Positions 1 through 11,364 of a stretch of DNA of 64,000 nucleotides are shown piece after piece. The position numbers were made by a program, and so were the translations under genes. Numbering within the stretch: the stretch's first letter is position 1; each line of letters starts with the position of its first letter. The notes under the pieces were generated by a model. That model saw only the letters and a program-made list of their open reading frames with translations. It had not been told where the DNA came from and searched no databases. The stretch is from TPA_inf: Saccharomyces (Eukaryota). The DNA is taken from the NCBI GenBank assembly GCA_000146045.2, contig BK006949.2:480001-544000 (forward strand), written 5' to 3'.

Positions 1-1
1 C

Positions 2-175
2 ACACCAAATGGTTTGCATTCTAGATCATTAATTGAGTGTGGGATCGAACCCACCCAAGTAAGTGACTCTGGTGAATGGTCGGGTCAAAGTAACGGATAT
101 GTTTTGGTGACAGAATTACAGGAGTTTAACAAAATGGGTAAAAAGTTAGTACAAGAAGCTTTTAGGATAGTTTAA
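2..175 (+). CDS. C-terminal fragment of a gene that starts left of the window (open frame 2..172, TAA at 173..175)
   Basis: A 58-codon open reading frame with no internal stop runs from the window edge to TAA at 173-175. It is absent from the ORF track because it has no start codon inside the window. By position it would be the 3' end of the gene upstream of MET31 (possibly YPL039W); I do not recognise the peptide. Confidence 0.3.
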
Positions 176-181
176 TAAAGT

Positions 182-373
182 ATGGTTTGTCGTTTTGTTC
201 ATCATTCAAGGGTCATTTTTATTTCCATTTATGATTTCTTGAGTACAAAAGGCAAAAAAAACATGTATAATTATACACAAGAAAAAAAAACAAAACAAAA
301 GAACACTTTCACACAAGCAAGTATATATTATGAGAATTTTTTCGAGTCTTACAGAACCATATCTTGCCTCTAA
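182..373 (+). CDS. small ORF (63 aa, ATG-initiated) immediately upstream of MET31; possibly the annotated small ORF YPL038W-A
   Basis: ATG at 182, 63 codons, lysine-rich, with no motif I recognise. The position matches my recollection of a short ORF next to MET31. Coding status cannot be judged from sequence alone. Confidence 0.25.
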   Translation: MVCRFVHHSRVIFISIYDFLSTKGKKNMYNYTQEKKTKQKNTFTQASIYYENFFESYRTISCL

Positions 374-534
374 ATTTTAGTCTAAAAATTTTGCTAGCCC
401 ATCAATTTTTTTTTTGTTCTAATGCAAAATATAACATGGGTAAGAAAAAGAAAAAGCCGTTCCTCAGTACGTAAAGAGATTTGATCATTAACAAGTTGGG
501 CTCAATATACACAGTCGATAGTCTATATGTGCAT

Positions 535-1068
535 ATGAAACTGGCGCAAGACATGAATGTAGATGAAATATTTCTCAAACAAGCGGCAGAAGCTATAGCG
601 GTAATCTCATCAAGTCCCACTCATACGGACCCCATAATACGAGAGCTACTCCACAGAATTCGACAATCCAGCCCATTGAGCGCAGTTATACCAGCACCAG
701 AAAATGTTTTAAAGGCTGGGGAGCCGGAAAATATGGCTAGAGGTCTTATAAGGATTCCAGAAACACAAACAAAAAGAACAGGAGGTAACAACCATAGCAA
801 GGAAGGCGCACAGCTCTACAGCTGTGCGAAATGTCAGTTGAAATTCAGCAGAAGTTCTGATCTGAGAAGACATGAAAAGGTACACTCACTCGTGCTGCCG
901 CATATTTGCTCAAACTGTGGCAAAGGGTTTGCCAGGAAGGATGCTCTAAAAAGACATTCTAACACACTGACCTGTCAAAGAAACAGAAAGAAACTAAGTG
1001 AAGGTTCAGACGTTGATGTAGATGAGCTCATCAAGGATGCGATAAAGAATGGTACCGGCCTGTTGTAA
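535..1068 (+). CDS. MET31: Met31 C2H2 zinc-finger transcription factor of sulfur-amino-acid metabolism (177 aa)
   Basis: Two C2H2 fingers (YSCAKCQLKFSRSSDLRRHEKVH and HICSNCGKGFARKDALKRH). The track ORF starts at a TTG at 481; the first in-frame ATG is at 535 and gives 177 aa. It is adjacent to EGD1 and PMA2, as on chrXVI. Confidence 0.85.
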   Translation: MKLAQDMNVDEIFLKQAAEAIAVISSSPTHTDPIIRELLHRIRQSSPLSAVIPAPENVLKAGEPENMARGLIRIPETQTKRTGGNNHSKEGAQLYSCAKCQLKFSRSSDLRRHEKVHSLVLPHICSNCGKGFARKDALKRHSNTLTCQRNRKKLSEGSDVDVDELIKDAIKNGTGLL

Positions 1069-1427
1069 GGCTAGAGGAAAACGTATTTGTCTCCATCAGC
1101 ACACCTACACATACATATATAGATAGATATATACTTTAGCCATTGAGATAAGTAGAATAAAAAAACGTTGTAATATTCCGATACAGTTAGTGACATGTTC
1201 TCTACTTTTGCCAATTTTTTGCGCACAAAGTGGTGACGTACAAGTTCATCATTTCACGTGTGCAGCATAGTGTGGTATATTGTTTTTTTATATTTTATTT
1301 TTTATTTTTTTTTTTTTGCAGAAAACAGTGTTTGTATTATATGCTTTAGATATGCTAAAAAAAATGAAAAAAAATGGAACAAAATATGTGTTTTTTTATT
1401 TAACGTTAAAATTAAAGATTAAGTTAT

Positions 1428-1901
1428 TTATTCGACGTCAGCATCAAAAGTTTGACCTTCAACTAACTCTGGAATAGCTTCATCCTTCTTTTCAGCATCA
1501 GCTGGAGCCTTGGCTTCGTGCTTTTCCATTTGGGCAGCCAATTGAGACAAGGCTTGGATGGCTTCAGGGCCCAATTGAGAGATAATACCTGGGAACAAAT
1601 CTTGCAAGTTCTTTTCCTGTGGTAGACCGTAGAATACAGAAGTGTTGTGTTGAGCAGCAACTTGGACACCGACCTTGTTGAAGTGCATGACCTTACCGTC
1701 GTCCTTGAAAAAGTTGGCTTCGGCGACGTTGTCAATGGTGACAGCGTGCAACTTAGCTAATTGACTTTGCAACTTGGTGTCATCCTTGTTGGCACCGGCA
1801 GAAGAGCCTGCCTTCTTGTTAAGCTTTCTTCTAGTACCACCAACTTTGTTGTTAGCAGACAACTTTTGTAGCTTAGCTAATTTTTCTTGGTCAATTGGCA
1901 T
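1428..1901 (-). CDS. EGD1: Egd1, beta subunit of the nascent polypeptide-associated complex (157 aa)
   Basis: NAC/BTF3 family sequence ([26 protein letters not shown]...). ATG confirmed at 1899-1901 on the minus strand. Confidence 0.9.
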
Positions 1902-2664
1902 TATGAATTATGAGTCGCGTCTGGTGTGAGATGTTCTATTCTTAAACCTCCCTAGAAAGAATATTCGCTCTCTTGTGACAAAGGAGGGGTTACTACTTAA
2001 CAAGCAATTGCAGCTGTTTCCACTACGAAATCTTCCAATGTCAACGAAAAAAATTCAAAAATTTTCTGCTTTTTTTTTCAACATCTGCCGTACTAAATGA
2101 TTCCACAATAATCCATCATATACCATTACCCTGATTCCCATCGAAGAAAAGGCGGTGTCCCCTTACCCGTCCGCTCATGCCAAGAGATTAATTCATAACC
2201 GCTCTTCCTTGGATCAGAAGTGAACATATGAAGTTGCAACTACTACATACTTACTACCGTAGTCCATCATCAAGGACCCAAACATTCACGACTCCAGCGC
2301 GCCACGTTCTTCGCCATACTGCTTAACATTTTGGTACGAGTGCGAATTAGGGAAGTCGATGATAAAATAGAATATGCGAAAAAGAGGAAGAGCAGCCGTG
2401 AGAAAAAAGAAAAAAAAAGGCCTAAGGTATTCTCTACTCCAAAATCGTCGAGGGAGGGCAAAAGAAATTTTTTTTGTTTAAGGGAATTGCGAAGTCAATT
2501 GATTGATGAAGTAGCTTCTCTGGAAAAATGGCGGACAGACGCTGCTCAAATAACCGTCGAAGGGGGAAAGGTTATCGGTGGAAACATATTTGTAAGTACA
2601 TAATAGTGAATTTACTTCTTGTCGGCGTCCCCTAAACGTAATTGGCGGTGTGATGGTACTTCGT

Positions 2665-2672
2665 TATATAAA
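2665..2672 (+). promoter_or_regulatory. TATATAAA TATA box about 170 bp upstream of the PMA2 ATG
   Basis: A perfect TATAWAWR match at a typical yeast distance from the ATG at 2843. Confidence 0.4.
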
Positions 2673-2842
2673 GGTGTGTAATATCCTCTTTTACCATCTA
2701 TTATTTCTTCCAGCATTTCTTGCTGGATAACCTACTGTATCCAAGCTACTGGGCTTTTTTAAACATACCCATAACTTTTTTTTTTTCATTTTTCGTTGCT
2801 GTGTGCTAGTACAATTTAAGCAAAAGGAAACTGTTTTGCGTT

Positions 2843-5686
2843 ATGTCTTCCACTGAAGCAAAGCAATACAAGGAGAAACCCTCGAAAGAGTACCTCCATG
2901 CCAGTGATGGCGATGACCCTGCAAATAATTCTGCCGCTTCTTCGTCATCTTCGTCTTCTACATCAACTTCCGCCTCGTCATCGGCTGCAGCCGTTCCACG
3001 GAAGGCCGCAGCCGCTTCTGCCGCTGATGATTCTGACTCAGATGAAGATATAGACCAATTGATTGATGAACTACAATCTAACTACGGTGAGGGTGATGAA
3101 TCTGGTGAAGAAGAAGTACGTACTGATGGGGTGCACGCTGGCCAAAGGGTTGTTCCTGAAAAGGACCTTTCTACGGACCCTGCGTATGGTTTGACTTCGG
3201 ATGAAGTCGCCAGGAGAAGAAAGAAATATGGGTTAAATCAAATGGCTGAGGAGAATGAATCGTTGATTGTGAAGTTTTTGATGTTCTTCGTAGGGCCTAT
3301 TCAATTCGTTATGGAGGCTGCTGCTATTTTGGCTGCCGGTTTGTCTGATTGGGTTGATGTCGGTGTCATCTGTGCTTTACTGCTATTAAACGCATCTGTC
3401 GGATTTATTCAAGAATTCCAGGCAGGTTCCATCGTAGACGAGCTGAAAAAGACGTTGGCCAATACTGCAACAGTTATTAGAGATGGCCAATTGATCGAAA
3501 TTCCGGCTAATGAGGTAGTTCCTGGTGAGATTTTGCAATTGGAAAGTGGCACAATTGCTCCCGCAGATGGTCGTATTGTCACTGAAGACTGTTTTTTGCA
3601 GATCGATCAATCGGCCATCACTGGTGAATCCTTAGCCGCTGAAAAGCATTACGGTGATGAGGTGTTCTCCTCATCCACTGTGAAAACCGGCGAGGCTTTT
3701 ATGGTTGTTACTGCCACTGGTGACAATACCTTCGTCGGTAGGGCTGCCGCCTTAGTGGGGCAGGCTTCCGGTGTAGAGGGCCATTTCACTGAAGTATTGA
3801 ATGGAATTGGTATTATCTTACTTGTTCTAGTTATCGCTACTTTGTTGTTGGTCTGGACCGCATGTTTCTATAGAACGGTCGGTATTGTAAGCATTTTGAG
3901 ATATACTTTGGGTATAACCATCATTGGTGTCCCAGTCGGTTTGCCAGCAGTTGTTACCACGACCATGGCTGTCGGTGCAGCTTACTTGGCTAAGAAGCAA
4001 GCCATTGTTCAAAAGTTATCTGCTATTGAATCCCTTGCTGGTGTTGAGATTTTATGTTCTGACAAGACTGGTACTTTAACCAAAAACAAGTTATCTTTAC
4101 ACGAACCCTACACTGTCGAAGGCGTTTCTCCGGACGACTTGATGTTGACCGCTTGTTTAGCTGCCTCTAGAAAGAAGAAAGGTTTGGATGCTATTGATAA
4201 GGCTTTTTTGAAGTCATTGATTGAGTATCCAAAAGCTAAAGACGCCCTGACCAAGTACAAAGTTTTGGAATTCCATCCGTTCGACCCTGTCTCAAAAAAG
4301 GTTACCGCTGTTGTAGAATCCCCAGAAGGTGAAAGAATTGTTTGTGTCAAGGGAGCCCCATTGTTTGTCTTGAAGACTGTTGAAGAAGATCACCCAATTC
4401 CGGAAGATGTGCATGAAAACTACGAAAATAAGGTTGCTGAACTAGCTTCTAGAGGTTTCCGTGCTTTAGGTGTTGCTAGAAAGAGAGGGGAAGGTCACTG
4501 GGAAATCTTGGGTGTTATGCCATGTATGGACCCCCCTAGAGATGACACCGCTCAAACAATCAATGAGGCCAGAAACCTTGGTTTGAGAATCAAGATGTTA
4601 ACCGGTGACGCTGTTGGTATCGCGAAAGAAACGTGTAGGCAATTAGGACTTGGTACAAACATTTATAACGCAGAAAGGTTAGGTCTGGGAGGTGGAGGTG
4701 ATATGCCTGGTTCAGAGTTGGCTGATTTTGTTGAAAATGCCGATGGTTTCGCAGAAGTTTTCCCACAGCATAAATACAGAGTCGTTGAAATCTTGCAAAA
4801 CAGAGGTTACTTGGTTGCTATGACTGGTGATGGTGTTAACGATGCCCCATCTTTGAAGAAGGCTGATACTGGTATTGCTGTCGAAGGTGCTACCGATGCT
4901 GCCAGATCAGCCGCTGATATTGTTTTCTTGGCCCCTGGTCTCTCTGCTATTATTGATGCCTTAAAGACTTCTAGACAGATTTTCCACAGAATGTACTCCT
5001 ATGTTGTTTATCGTATTGCCCTATCCTTACATTTGGAGATTTTCCTGGGTTTATGGATTGCTATTTTAAACAACTCTTTGGATATCAATTTGATCGTTTT
5101 TATTGCTATTTTCGCAGACGTTGCCACTTTAACTATTGCTTATGACAATGCTCCTTATGCTCCTGAACCTGTGAAATGGAACCTACCAAGATTATGGGGT
5201 ATGTCTATTATTTTGGGCATAGTTTTAGCTATAGGTTCTTGGATTACTTTAACCACCATGTTCTTGCCTAATGGTGGTATTATCCAAAATTTTGGTGCCA
5301 TGAATGGTGTCATGTTCCTGCAGATTTCACTAACTGAAAATTGGTTAATTTTTGTCACTAGAGCTGCTGGCCCATTCTGGTCTTCCATTCCATCGTGGCA
5401 GTTAGCCGGTGCCGTTTTCGCCGTTGATATTATTGCTACCATGTTTACCTTATTTGGCTGGTGGTCTGAAAACTGGACTGATATTGTGTCAGTCGTTCGT
5501 GTCTGGATTTGGTCCATTGGTATTTTTTGTGTATTGGGAGGATTTTACTATATTATGTCCACGTCTCAAGCCTTTGATAGGTTGATGAATGGTAAGTCAT
5601 TAAAGGAAAAGAAGTCTACAAGAAGTGTCGAAGATTTCATGGCTGCTATGCAAAGAGTTTCTACTCAACACGAAAAAAGCAGTTAG
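2843..5686 (+). CDS. PMA2: Pma2 plasma-membrane H+-ATPase, P-type (947 aa)
   Basis: Carries the P-type ATPase motifs [20 protein letters not shown] and MLTGD and ten predicted TM segments. The Ser-rich acidic N-terminus and the 947-aa length distinguish it from PMA1. Confidence 0.95.
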   Translation: MSSTEAKQYKEKPSKEYLHASDGDDPANNSAASSSSSSSTSTSASSSAAAVPRKAAAASAADDSDSDEDIDQLIDELQSNYGEGDESGEEEVRTDGVHAGQRVVPEKDLSTDPAYGLTSDEVARRRKKYGLNQMAEENESLIVKFLMFFVGPIQFVMEAAAILAAGLSDWVDVGVICALLLLNASVGFIQEFQAGSIVDELKKTLANTATVIRDGQLIEIPANEVVPGEILQLESGTIAPADGRIVTEDCFLQIDQSAITGESLAAEKHYGDEVFSSSTVKTGEAFMVVTATGDNTFVGRAAALVGQASGVEGHFTEVLNGIGIILLVLVIATLLLVWTACFYRTVGIVSILRYTLGITIIGVPVGLPAVVTTTMAVGAAYLAKKQAIVQKLSAIESLAGVEILCSDKTGTLTKNKLSLHEPYTVEGVSPDDLMLTACLAASRKKKGLDAIDKAFLKSLIEYPKAKDALTKYKVLEFHPFDPVSKKVTAVVESPEGERIVCVKGAPLFVLKTVEEDHPIPEDVHENYENKVAELASRGFRALGVARKRGEGHWEILGVMPCMDPPRDDTAQTINEARNLGLRIKMLTGDAVGIAKETCRQLGLGTNIYNAERLGLGGGGDMPGSELADFVENADGFAEVFPQHKYRVVEILQNRGYLVAMTGDGVNDAPSLKKADTGIAVEGATDAARSAADIVFLAPGLSAIIDALKTSRQIFHRMYSYVVYRIALSLHLEIFLGLWIAILNNSLDINLIVFIAIFADVATLTIAYDNAPYAPEPVKWNLPRLWGMSIILGIVLAIGSWITLTTMFLPNGGIIQNFGAMNGVMFLQISLTENWLIFVTRAAGPFWSSIPSWQLAGAVFAVDIIATMFTLFGWWSENWTDIVSVVRVWIWSIGIFCVLGGFYYIMSTSQAFDRLMNGKSLKEKKSTRSVEDFMAAMQRVSTQHEKSS

Positions 5687-5926
5687 TAATTTTAAACATC
5701 ATCCATCTGATTTTTTTTCTTATTGATCTCCTTTTTGTTATTCCTCATTTTCATTTCAATTTGTCGATACCAAGGAAGCCAAGACGTTATAAAAGAACAC
5801 GGTCAACAAAAATCAAATTAATGCCTCTTCAATTGTGCTCTGTTTGATACCTTCGATATGATGTTACAGTTTTAAAGTTTACACACAAGTTTTTAGACTA
5901 AGTGGCATCATATCTGTCAATTTTAT

Positions 5927-5952
5927 CACACACACACACACACACACACACA
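5927..5952. repeat. (CA)13 dinucleotide microsatellite in the PMA2 3' intergenic region
   Basis: A pure cacaca... run read directly from the sequence. Confidence 0.95.
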
Positions 5953-6711
5953 AACAAACATATCCACATATCAGAAGTAGGCCGATCTTTTGCTTGATTG
6001 GATGCAAATTCATATGGAAAATTTTTTTCATATTATTTCGTGTTCTTTTGACTATTTTCCTCTCCAAAAAGGAAGAATCATTCCAATAACAACACACGAA
6101 TTCCCATCCAACATGGTGAAATGACTAAATATTTTTTTTTTCGAAACATTAAATCAATCTAATTCTTAATTTTTAATAAACATATAATGCACACTTATTT
6201 ACATACAAGCACATTGCACGTATTATATCAGTTTCTTCTTTTATGTTGATATATTTTTCTAATAATGTTATTATCATGTAGTCGTGTATGTGCGCCTCTC
6301 CCGCGAGAAGTCCAACACCATAAGAAATCAAATGTCAAGAGAAATAAAGAATTGTTTCCCATCATAGATAAGACTATATCAGAAAAGTGCTCATCAAAGC
6401 TAAATCTATTATGAGATGTCTTAGGCATAACAAAAAAGGGAGAGCGGTGCAAGATAAACATACCGTCGGATAAAAAGTACTGTCATTATCATCAGTGGCA
6501 AGATGCAAGGTACACACGGGCACCAAGAGATAATGCGCAAAATAAACCGGGTTTTATTTACATCTATACATACAGTAACCTCTTTGAATCATACATATCT
6601 GAAAAGACGGTAGATTTAAAATGGCTATTTATTGATGAGTCAATAGTTCGGACTAATGGTAAAAAGAAGAGACAATGGGTAGACAGAGACTTTATTCTAT
6701 GTAAGATAGGA

Positions 6712-7209
6712 ATGACCACTCGAAAAACAGTAGATTCAAGACTTTTAGAATGGCAAACCACATGCAAGCATCCAGTGATAAACTTGACTCCAGAGAAAGT
6801 CGATAAATTATACCACTTGAAATTGAAAAGTGAAAGCAAAAATATCAGTTCAAACAGGCTATTGCCCATTTCATTATCAAGCTTACAAAAAAAAATGGAG
6901 AAACTTTTCATCAAAGATAAAAGTCACTCACACAAGCCTTCCCTTCCAGATCCTAAGGTGCCAACCCTACGCACTTATAAAGATGGTGGATTTTTCATTA
7001 GCGGAAAAGGTTCAATGAAACTACCAGATATCGAAAGCGCTATTCATAAATTTTTATGGAAGAAATACGGGAAAGGATTGGTTTACTGTTATGGGTGTGA
7101 TCCAACTGGAAAAAAGAGGCATACAGAGTGGTTCAATGTGCCTGTATTGGAGCTACCATCAGTACTAAGACTTATTGATTCTTATTGCCTTGGAGGAGAA
7201 TCTCGTTAG
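6712..7209 (+). CDS. YPL034W: uncharacterised 165-aa protein (systematic YPL034W by position)
   Basis: ATG at 6712. Assigned by position between PMA2 and SRL4; no motif recognised. Confidence 0.55.
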   Translation: MTTRKTVDSRLLEWQTTCKHPVINLTPEKVDKLYHLKLKSESKNISSNRLLPISLSSLQKKMEKLFIKDKSHSHKPSLPDPKVPTLRTYKDGGFFISGKGSMKLPDIESAIHKFLWKKYGKGLVYCYGCDPTGKKRHTEWFNVPVLELPSVLRLIDSYCLGGESR

Positions 7210-7361
7210 ACTTAAAAAAAATTTTTTGGCCTATTCTGGCCGGTTTATTCAAATTATTTATCATCATAAAAATTGTAGTGTTACCTTTCTTTTCCTTGAA
7301 TTATTTATAGAAATATATGTGCTTAGCAATTTTATCACTGTTACTTCGATTTGTAGTACCC

Positions 7362-8207
7362 TTAAGTAAAAGAGCTTTTGAAACCAGTTATCAAAAGAAT
7401 ATCACCAATTGATCTTTTGCTTTCGAGAATTGTATCACCATATCTTCCCTCAAGTAGACAGTGGACGAGATGTTTCGAGATACTCGGGGAAAGTCTCTTC
7501 CAATGTGCTTCACTTTCAAAACTGGGTAAATATGCAATCAGCGTTTTTACATTCAAATTACTATCTTTCAATTTAAGCTCTGAGGTTATTCCATCGTGGA
7601 AAGAGTTTATACCACATTTCGATGTAATAAAATGTGTTCCTGATTTGCACGGTTTTAACGTCAATACCGATGATATGTTGACAATATAGAACCCCTTTGC
7701 TTTTTCTTGAGCTTCAGCTTGAACCTTTGGAAAAATGTTACTCAAGCAGAACTTAGTTATCAATATTACACTTTGTAAATTATACCTCACGATTTTCTCG
7801 AATTCATTTAAAGACTCTTCATCAAGTCTCAAAAATTTGTCTTCTTTGAGAAGAGTCGATTCGATTCCCTCCTGCATGTTGTTAATGAGCACTGTAGGAA
7901 TTATTTCTAAATTTTGAAGGTAAAGCATGGATTCCTCAAGACATTTTATGTCACTGAAATCTTTGCAAGAAATAAAAGTATACAGTTTTTCACTTCTCCT
8001 TGCGTTTTTTCCATTAATACTGTCTATAGTGTCAATATTTATAACCTTTGTATGATAATCTTCTATAAATGTCTCGCAGAGCTCGATGCCTAACTCATTT
8101 GAAGAACCGCCAATAATTAATACTGTATCGTGGCTAGGATGGAACTTTTTACCTAAACCGACATATTGATAAAAACTTACGAGGACTTTGTAAATTGTTT
8201 TCTTCAT
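7362..8207 (-). CDS. SRL4: Srl4 (281 aa), protein of unknown function, by synteny
   Basis: The 281-aa length and the position and strand (YPL033C) match. ATG confirmed at 8205-8207. Confidence 0.6.
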   Translation of the reverse strand: MKKTIYKVLVSFYQYVGLGKKFHPSHDTVLIIGGSSNELGIELCETFIEDYHTKVINIDTIDSINGKNARRSEKLYTFISCKDFSDIKCLEESMLYLQNLEIIPTVLINNMQEGIESTLLKEDKFLRLDEESLNEFEKIVRYNLQSVILITKFCLSNIFPKVQAEAQEKAKGFYIVNISSVLTLKPCKSGTHFITSKCGINSFHDGITSELKLKDSNLNVKTLIAYLPSFESEAHWKRLSPSISKHLVHCLLEGRYGDTILESKRSIGDILLITGFKSSFT

Positions 8208-8886
8208 GTCAGATTTTTGGGCTCTATTACTAGTGGACCTGTGCTTCGGACATACGCAGTTTTTCTGTGGTTTCTTTATACGTCACAAATCTGTATTATT
8301 ATTGAGTCACTAATTCAAATGCGTGTGACAATATAGCGACGGGGCCGTGCAAAAATAAGAGATACTGCACTTGCGCGGCTGATAGAGATTTCTTTCTTTC
8401 TACGCTGGGATAGTTTTCTTAGAAGGTTTTAGCTATTCTAATTAAAATGTTGTTCCCACCAGTATTTATTGGCACCTTGGACAATTTTAAAAATCACTGC
8501 TAAAACGGTGCTATGACACGATTTTCTGGTACTAAAACGTGTTTTATGAAATTAACAGTATATACAAAAAGTAAAAGGTATGGATAGTTAAATATGTGTA
8601 AAGCTATAATACAAAGAAATAACACAAGATAGTTGAGTTTATTTGGTCAAACTAAAAAGAGGAAATAATTATAGTGAATAATTCCAGATTTTGTTAAACA
8701 CCAATTCAAACAAACTGAAAACAGGGAGAAACCAACCCAAAAAATAAAATAGATTCAGTGATAACCCAATTCTACCGCAAAAAAAAACTAAAAAAATAAA
8801 TAATAGAAAATTAACAGATACAAAAACGAAAAAACAAACTGTTTACAAAACATTTACATGCGTGTTCATTAAGCTGTCGAAGGATA

Positions 8887-11364
8887 TTATTTCTTTGATT
8901 TATTTTTTTTTTTGAATAGGCCAAATCTCTTCTTCTTACCACCATTTTTCTCCTCATTGTCACCATTATCGGTACTAGGCGAAGCCATATTCGCCATTTG
9001 ACTTGATGAGGACAAGGTTGGAGTGCTTGGGGCTGAAACAGAGGTTGTAGGAGGGGGTGCAATATTTTTGGGATCGTTTATATCCACAGTGCTACTTGTA
9101 TTGTTGTTTGTATTTGTAAATTGCATTGCGTTATGAACTACCGAGTTGGTGGAAATATCAGGGTTGCTACTACTGTTATTAACTTTGTTGTTATTATTTG
9201 TAACTTCTATCATGGTACTGGAGCTAAATTGCCTTTGTGTGGGAACGTGATTGTTTAAACTAGGAGCAGGGACTTGGTTAAAAGTATTGTTTGGGTTGGT
9301 GGCATGTGGCATATTCAGTTTGTTTTTCGATTGTTGTGATCTCAATCTATTCTGGTTTACGATGCTATGCGTTGGCATGGAATTTAAGCGAGTTTGACTT
9401 GAATTGTTCGGTGGTCTGCCAAAATCACTCATATTTATACTGGAAGGATTACCAATATTAGGCATATTACTATTTCTATTCTTCCTACTTGTGGGCTTGA
9501 TAGAGTGTGAGTGAAAAGGTTGTACTTGTACCGATTGTTGTGGCTGCTGTAGGGGTAAGGAAGGAGGTTGTTGCGGGTCATATGCAGCGATACTTGAAGA
9601 AATTGGGTCTACAAAATTTCCGGCGGATGCAGGTTGAGACATAGCGCCATTGGTGCCATGCATTCCTCTGCTGTTAGAACGAACGTTTGCAGACTGCTGT
9701 AATTGAGGGAAGGAAGGCTTTCTTGGAATTGAATTATTGCTATTATTAAATCTTTGTTGCTGTAATGCTCTTTTCTGGAACTCCAGTTCACGTTCTTGTA
9801 GCTCTAATTCCTTTTTACGGAGTTGCAATTCGCGTTCTTGTAGTAATTTGTCATTCGTGCCATTATTCTCTCCGAAAGTTTGTGAATGTGAGGATAATGG
9901 TGAGTTCATTTGTGGCTGAGAGCTTACAACAGGTGGTGGAGATCTCACTGGAGAGTCTCCGTAGTTTACACTATATAGTGCCATATCTTCGATGTCCCTC
10001 AAATTCGGAGTTCCTGTTGCTTTATATTCATTTGTATCGGATTGGTTTGTTGCTTCAGTTGGCGTTAGTGCTTCAATTGATGTTTGAGCTTGAGATTGGG
10101 CTTGAGCTTGGGCTTGGGCCTGGGCTTTTAGAGCGACTTGATGTTTCTCCTTTAACTCATTAGTTTCCATTTCATGTTGCTTGGCCTGCATAAGCAACTC
10201 TTGTCTTAGTTTACTAATTTGACCTTGTAAGGAGGTAATTTGAGTCTGTAAAGCAGATTCATTTTTTTGTGATTTTTGCAAGCTTTGTAAGATTTGAGTT
10301 TTTTCATCTGACCTAATAAACCATTTAGATTTGCCACTATTCAATCTTTCAAATTGGGACAAAACAGAGTATAAAAATTCTAAGTACGGAGTTTTGATAC
10401 CAAAGTCATCGGCTAATAAAATAGTTTGTAACAACAGGATATCGATGTTCAAAGGCGTTGTTTGATGAATGAAATGATAAACCAATGCAGGTGGCTTATT
10501 GGTTGAATGATAAGAATTCTTCCATAGAGATAAAAGAGAGTTTTCATTATCATGACTACTGTTTAGTCTGGCTCCCATTGTTTTTGCTACAGTGATGATT
10601 TCAGTTACCAGACCTGATATTAAAGGTTTGGCAATGATCTGCTGGTCTAGATCACTTGGGTTTTCTTGTTCAAACATGATTAACAACGGATCAAAACAAA
10701 TTCTGGAAATCGCCAGCTTCCATTGTTGTGATAGAAACTCAATTGATGAGAAATTGCACAAATTGATTTTTATGTTGGAAAACAATTTAGCAAACAGTTT
10801 TTCAAAAGTGGTTAATAATGTTATAACGCCTGATGAATATTTCTCAGTGCTGGACTTACTTTCGCCGAGGTAAATCGTGTTCTCCTTTGCAGTACTAGGA
10901 AAGTGTTTGAAATGGTTTGGACCGATTTGACGAATATCCAAATCAGTCAAAATACTGAAAACGTTTACATGCGGAGATTCCATCGATAATTTGACAAACG
11001 GTTCCAATTGGATGAAACCACTGCTTTCTAAGAAAATTTTGGTGTTCGAATCGATTATGGACGTTAACTTGGACGCTAACGAGGATAATTCCTGTAAAGA
11101 TGGAGCACTCATGATGATTATGTCGAAGACGGCTTCACTTGATTTGGAGCTCAAAGCTTCAGTCAAGTGCTCGATAGAGGTGAAATGATTTTCCAATTCG
11201 AACCGGTCTTTGCCGTAGTATTCAGTTTCAATTTCAAATTGACATGATTTTGAATCGTTGACGTGGTAGAGGTCTATATTCTTGGCCAGTTGAAACCTTG
11301 AGGTGTAGAACAAGATATTCGGGTTGTTCCCAATAGCTAAAACTCGAAGTGAGGAAGACGACAT
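8887..11364 (-). CDS. SVL3: Svl3 (825 aa); Ser/Asn/Gln-rich C-terminal half with a QAQAQA repeat
   Basis: The track ORF is over-extended by 9 codons. The ATG at 11362-11364 gives MSSSSLRVLAIG... and 825 aa. Assigned by synteny (YPL032C). Confidence 0.7.
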   Translation of the reverse strand: MSSSSLRVLAIGNNPNILFYTSRFQLAKNIDLYHVNDSKSCQFEIETEYYGKDRFELENHFTSIEHLTEALSSKSSEAVFDIIIMSAPSLQELSSLASKLTSIIDSNTKIFLESSGFIQLEPFVKLSMESPHVNVFSILTDLDIRQIGPNHFKHFPSTAKENTIYLGESKSSTEKYSSGVITLLTTFEKLFAKLFSNIKINLCNFSSIEFLSQQWKLAISRICFDPLLIMFEQENPSDLDQQIIAKPLISGLVTEIITVAKTMGARLNSSHDNENSLLSLWKNSYHSTNKPPALVYHFIHQTTPLNIDILLLQTILLADDFGIKTPYLEFLYSVLSQFERLNSGKSKWFIRSDEKTQILQSLQKSQKNESALQTQITSLQGQISKLRQELLMQAKQHEMETNELKEKHQVALKAQAQAQAQAQSQAQTSIEALTPTEATNQSDTNEYKATGTPNLRDIEDMALYSVNYGDSPVRSPPPVVSSQPQMNSPLSSHSQTFGENNGTNDKLLQERELQLRKKELELQERELEFQKRALQQQRFNNSNNSIPRKPSFPQLQQSANVRSNSRGMHGTNGAMSQPASAGNFVDPISSSIAAYDPQQPPSLPLQQPQQSVQVQPFHSHSIKPTSRKNRNSNMPNIGNPSSINMSDFGRPPNNSSQTRLNSMPTHSIVNQNRLRSQQSKNKLNMPHATNPNNTFNQVPAPSLNNHVPTQRQFSSSTMIEVTNNNNKVNNSSSNPDISTNSVVHNAMQFTNTNNNTSSTVDINDPKNIAPPPTTSVSAPSTPTLSSSSQMANMASPSTDNGDNEEKNGGKKKRFGLFKKKNKSKK

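Noticed and set aside
37-54. B-box / tRNA T-arm-like sequence on the minus strand (GTGGGTTCGATCCCAC; a perfect match to GGTTCGANNCC). It suggested a truncated tRNA or an extra-TFIIIC site at the window edge.
   Set aside because: There is no A box, acceptor stem or anticodon arm upstream. The hairpin has a 6-nt loop instead of the canonical 7-nt loop. The motif sits inside an open coding frame. An 11-mer with 9 fixed positions is expected dozens of times by chance in a 12-Mb genome.
481-534. Track ORFs with a leading M that is not ATG (481 TTG for MET31, 15485 GTG for SUV3, 23508 GTG for RMI1, 40239 and 23090 TTG on the minus strand, and others).
   Set aside because: The ORF caller evidently allows alternative initiators. 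Yeast uses ATG, so I trimmed each to the first in-frame ATG, which reproduces the known protein lengths.
3386-5517. Four antisense ORFs (61-120 aa) inside PMA2.
   Set aside because: They are fully embedded antisense in a highly expressed, conserved coding region, have no motifs, and are of the length expected by chance.
6564-6914. 115/116-aa minus-strand ORF overlapping the 5' half of YPL034W (the dubious YPL035C position).
   Set aside because: It overlaps a same-locus ORF on the opposite strand, has hydrophobic low-complexity composition, and has a TTG start in the track. It is most likely non-coding.
9609-10163. Small ORFs on both strands inside SVL3, including a 132-aa plus-strand ORF.
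   Set aside because: They lie in the repetitive Q/A/S/N-rich coding region of SVL3. Low-complexity sequence yields open frames on all strands.
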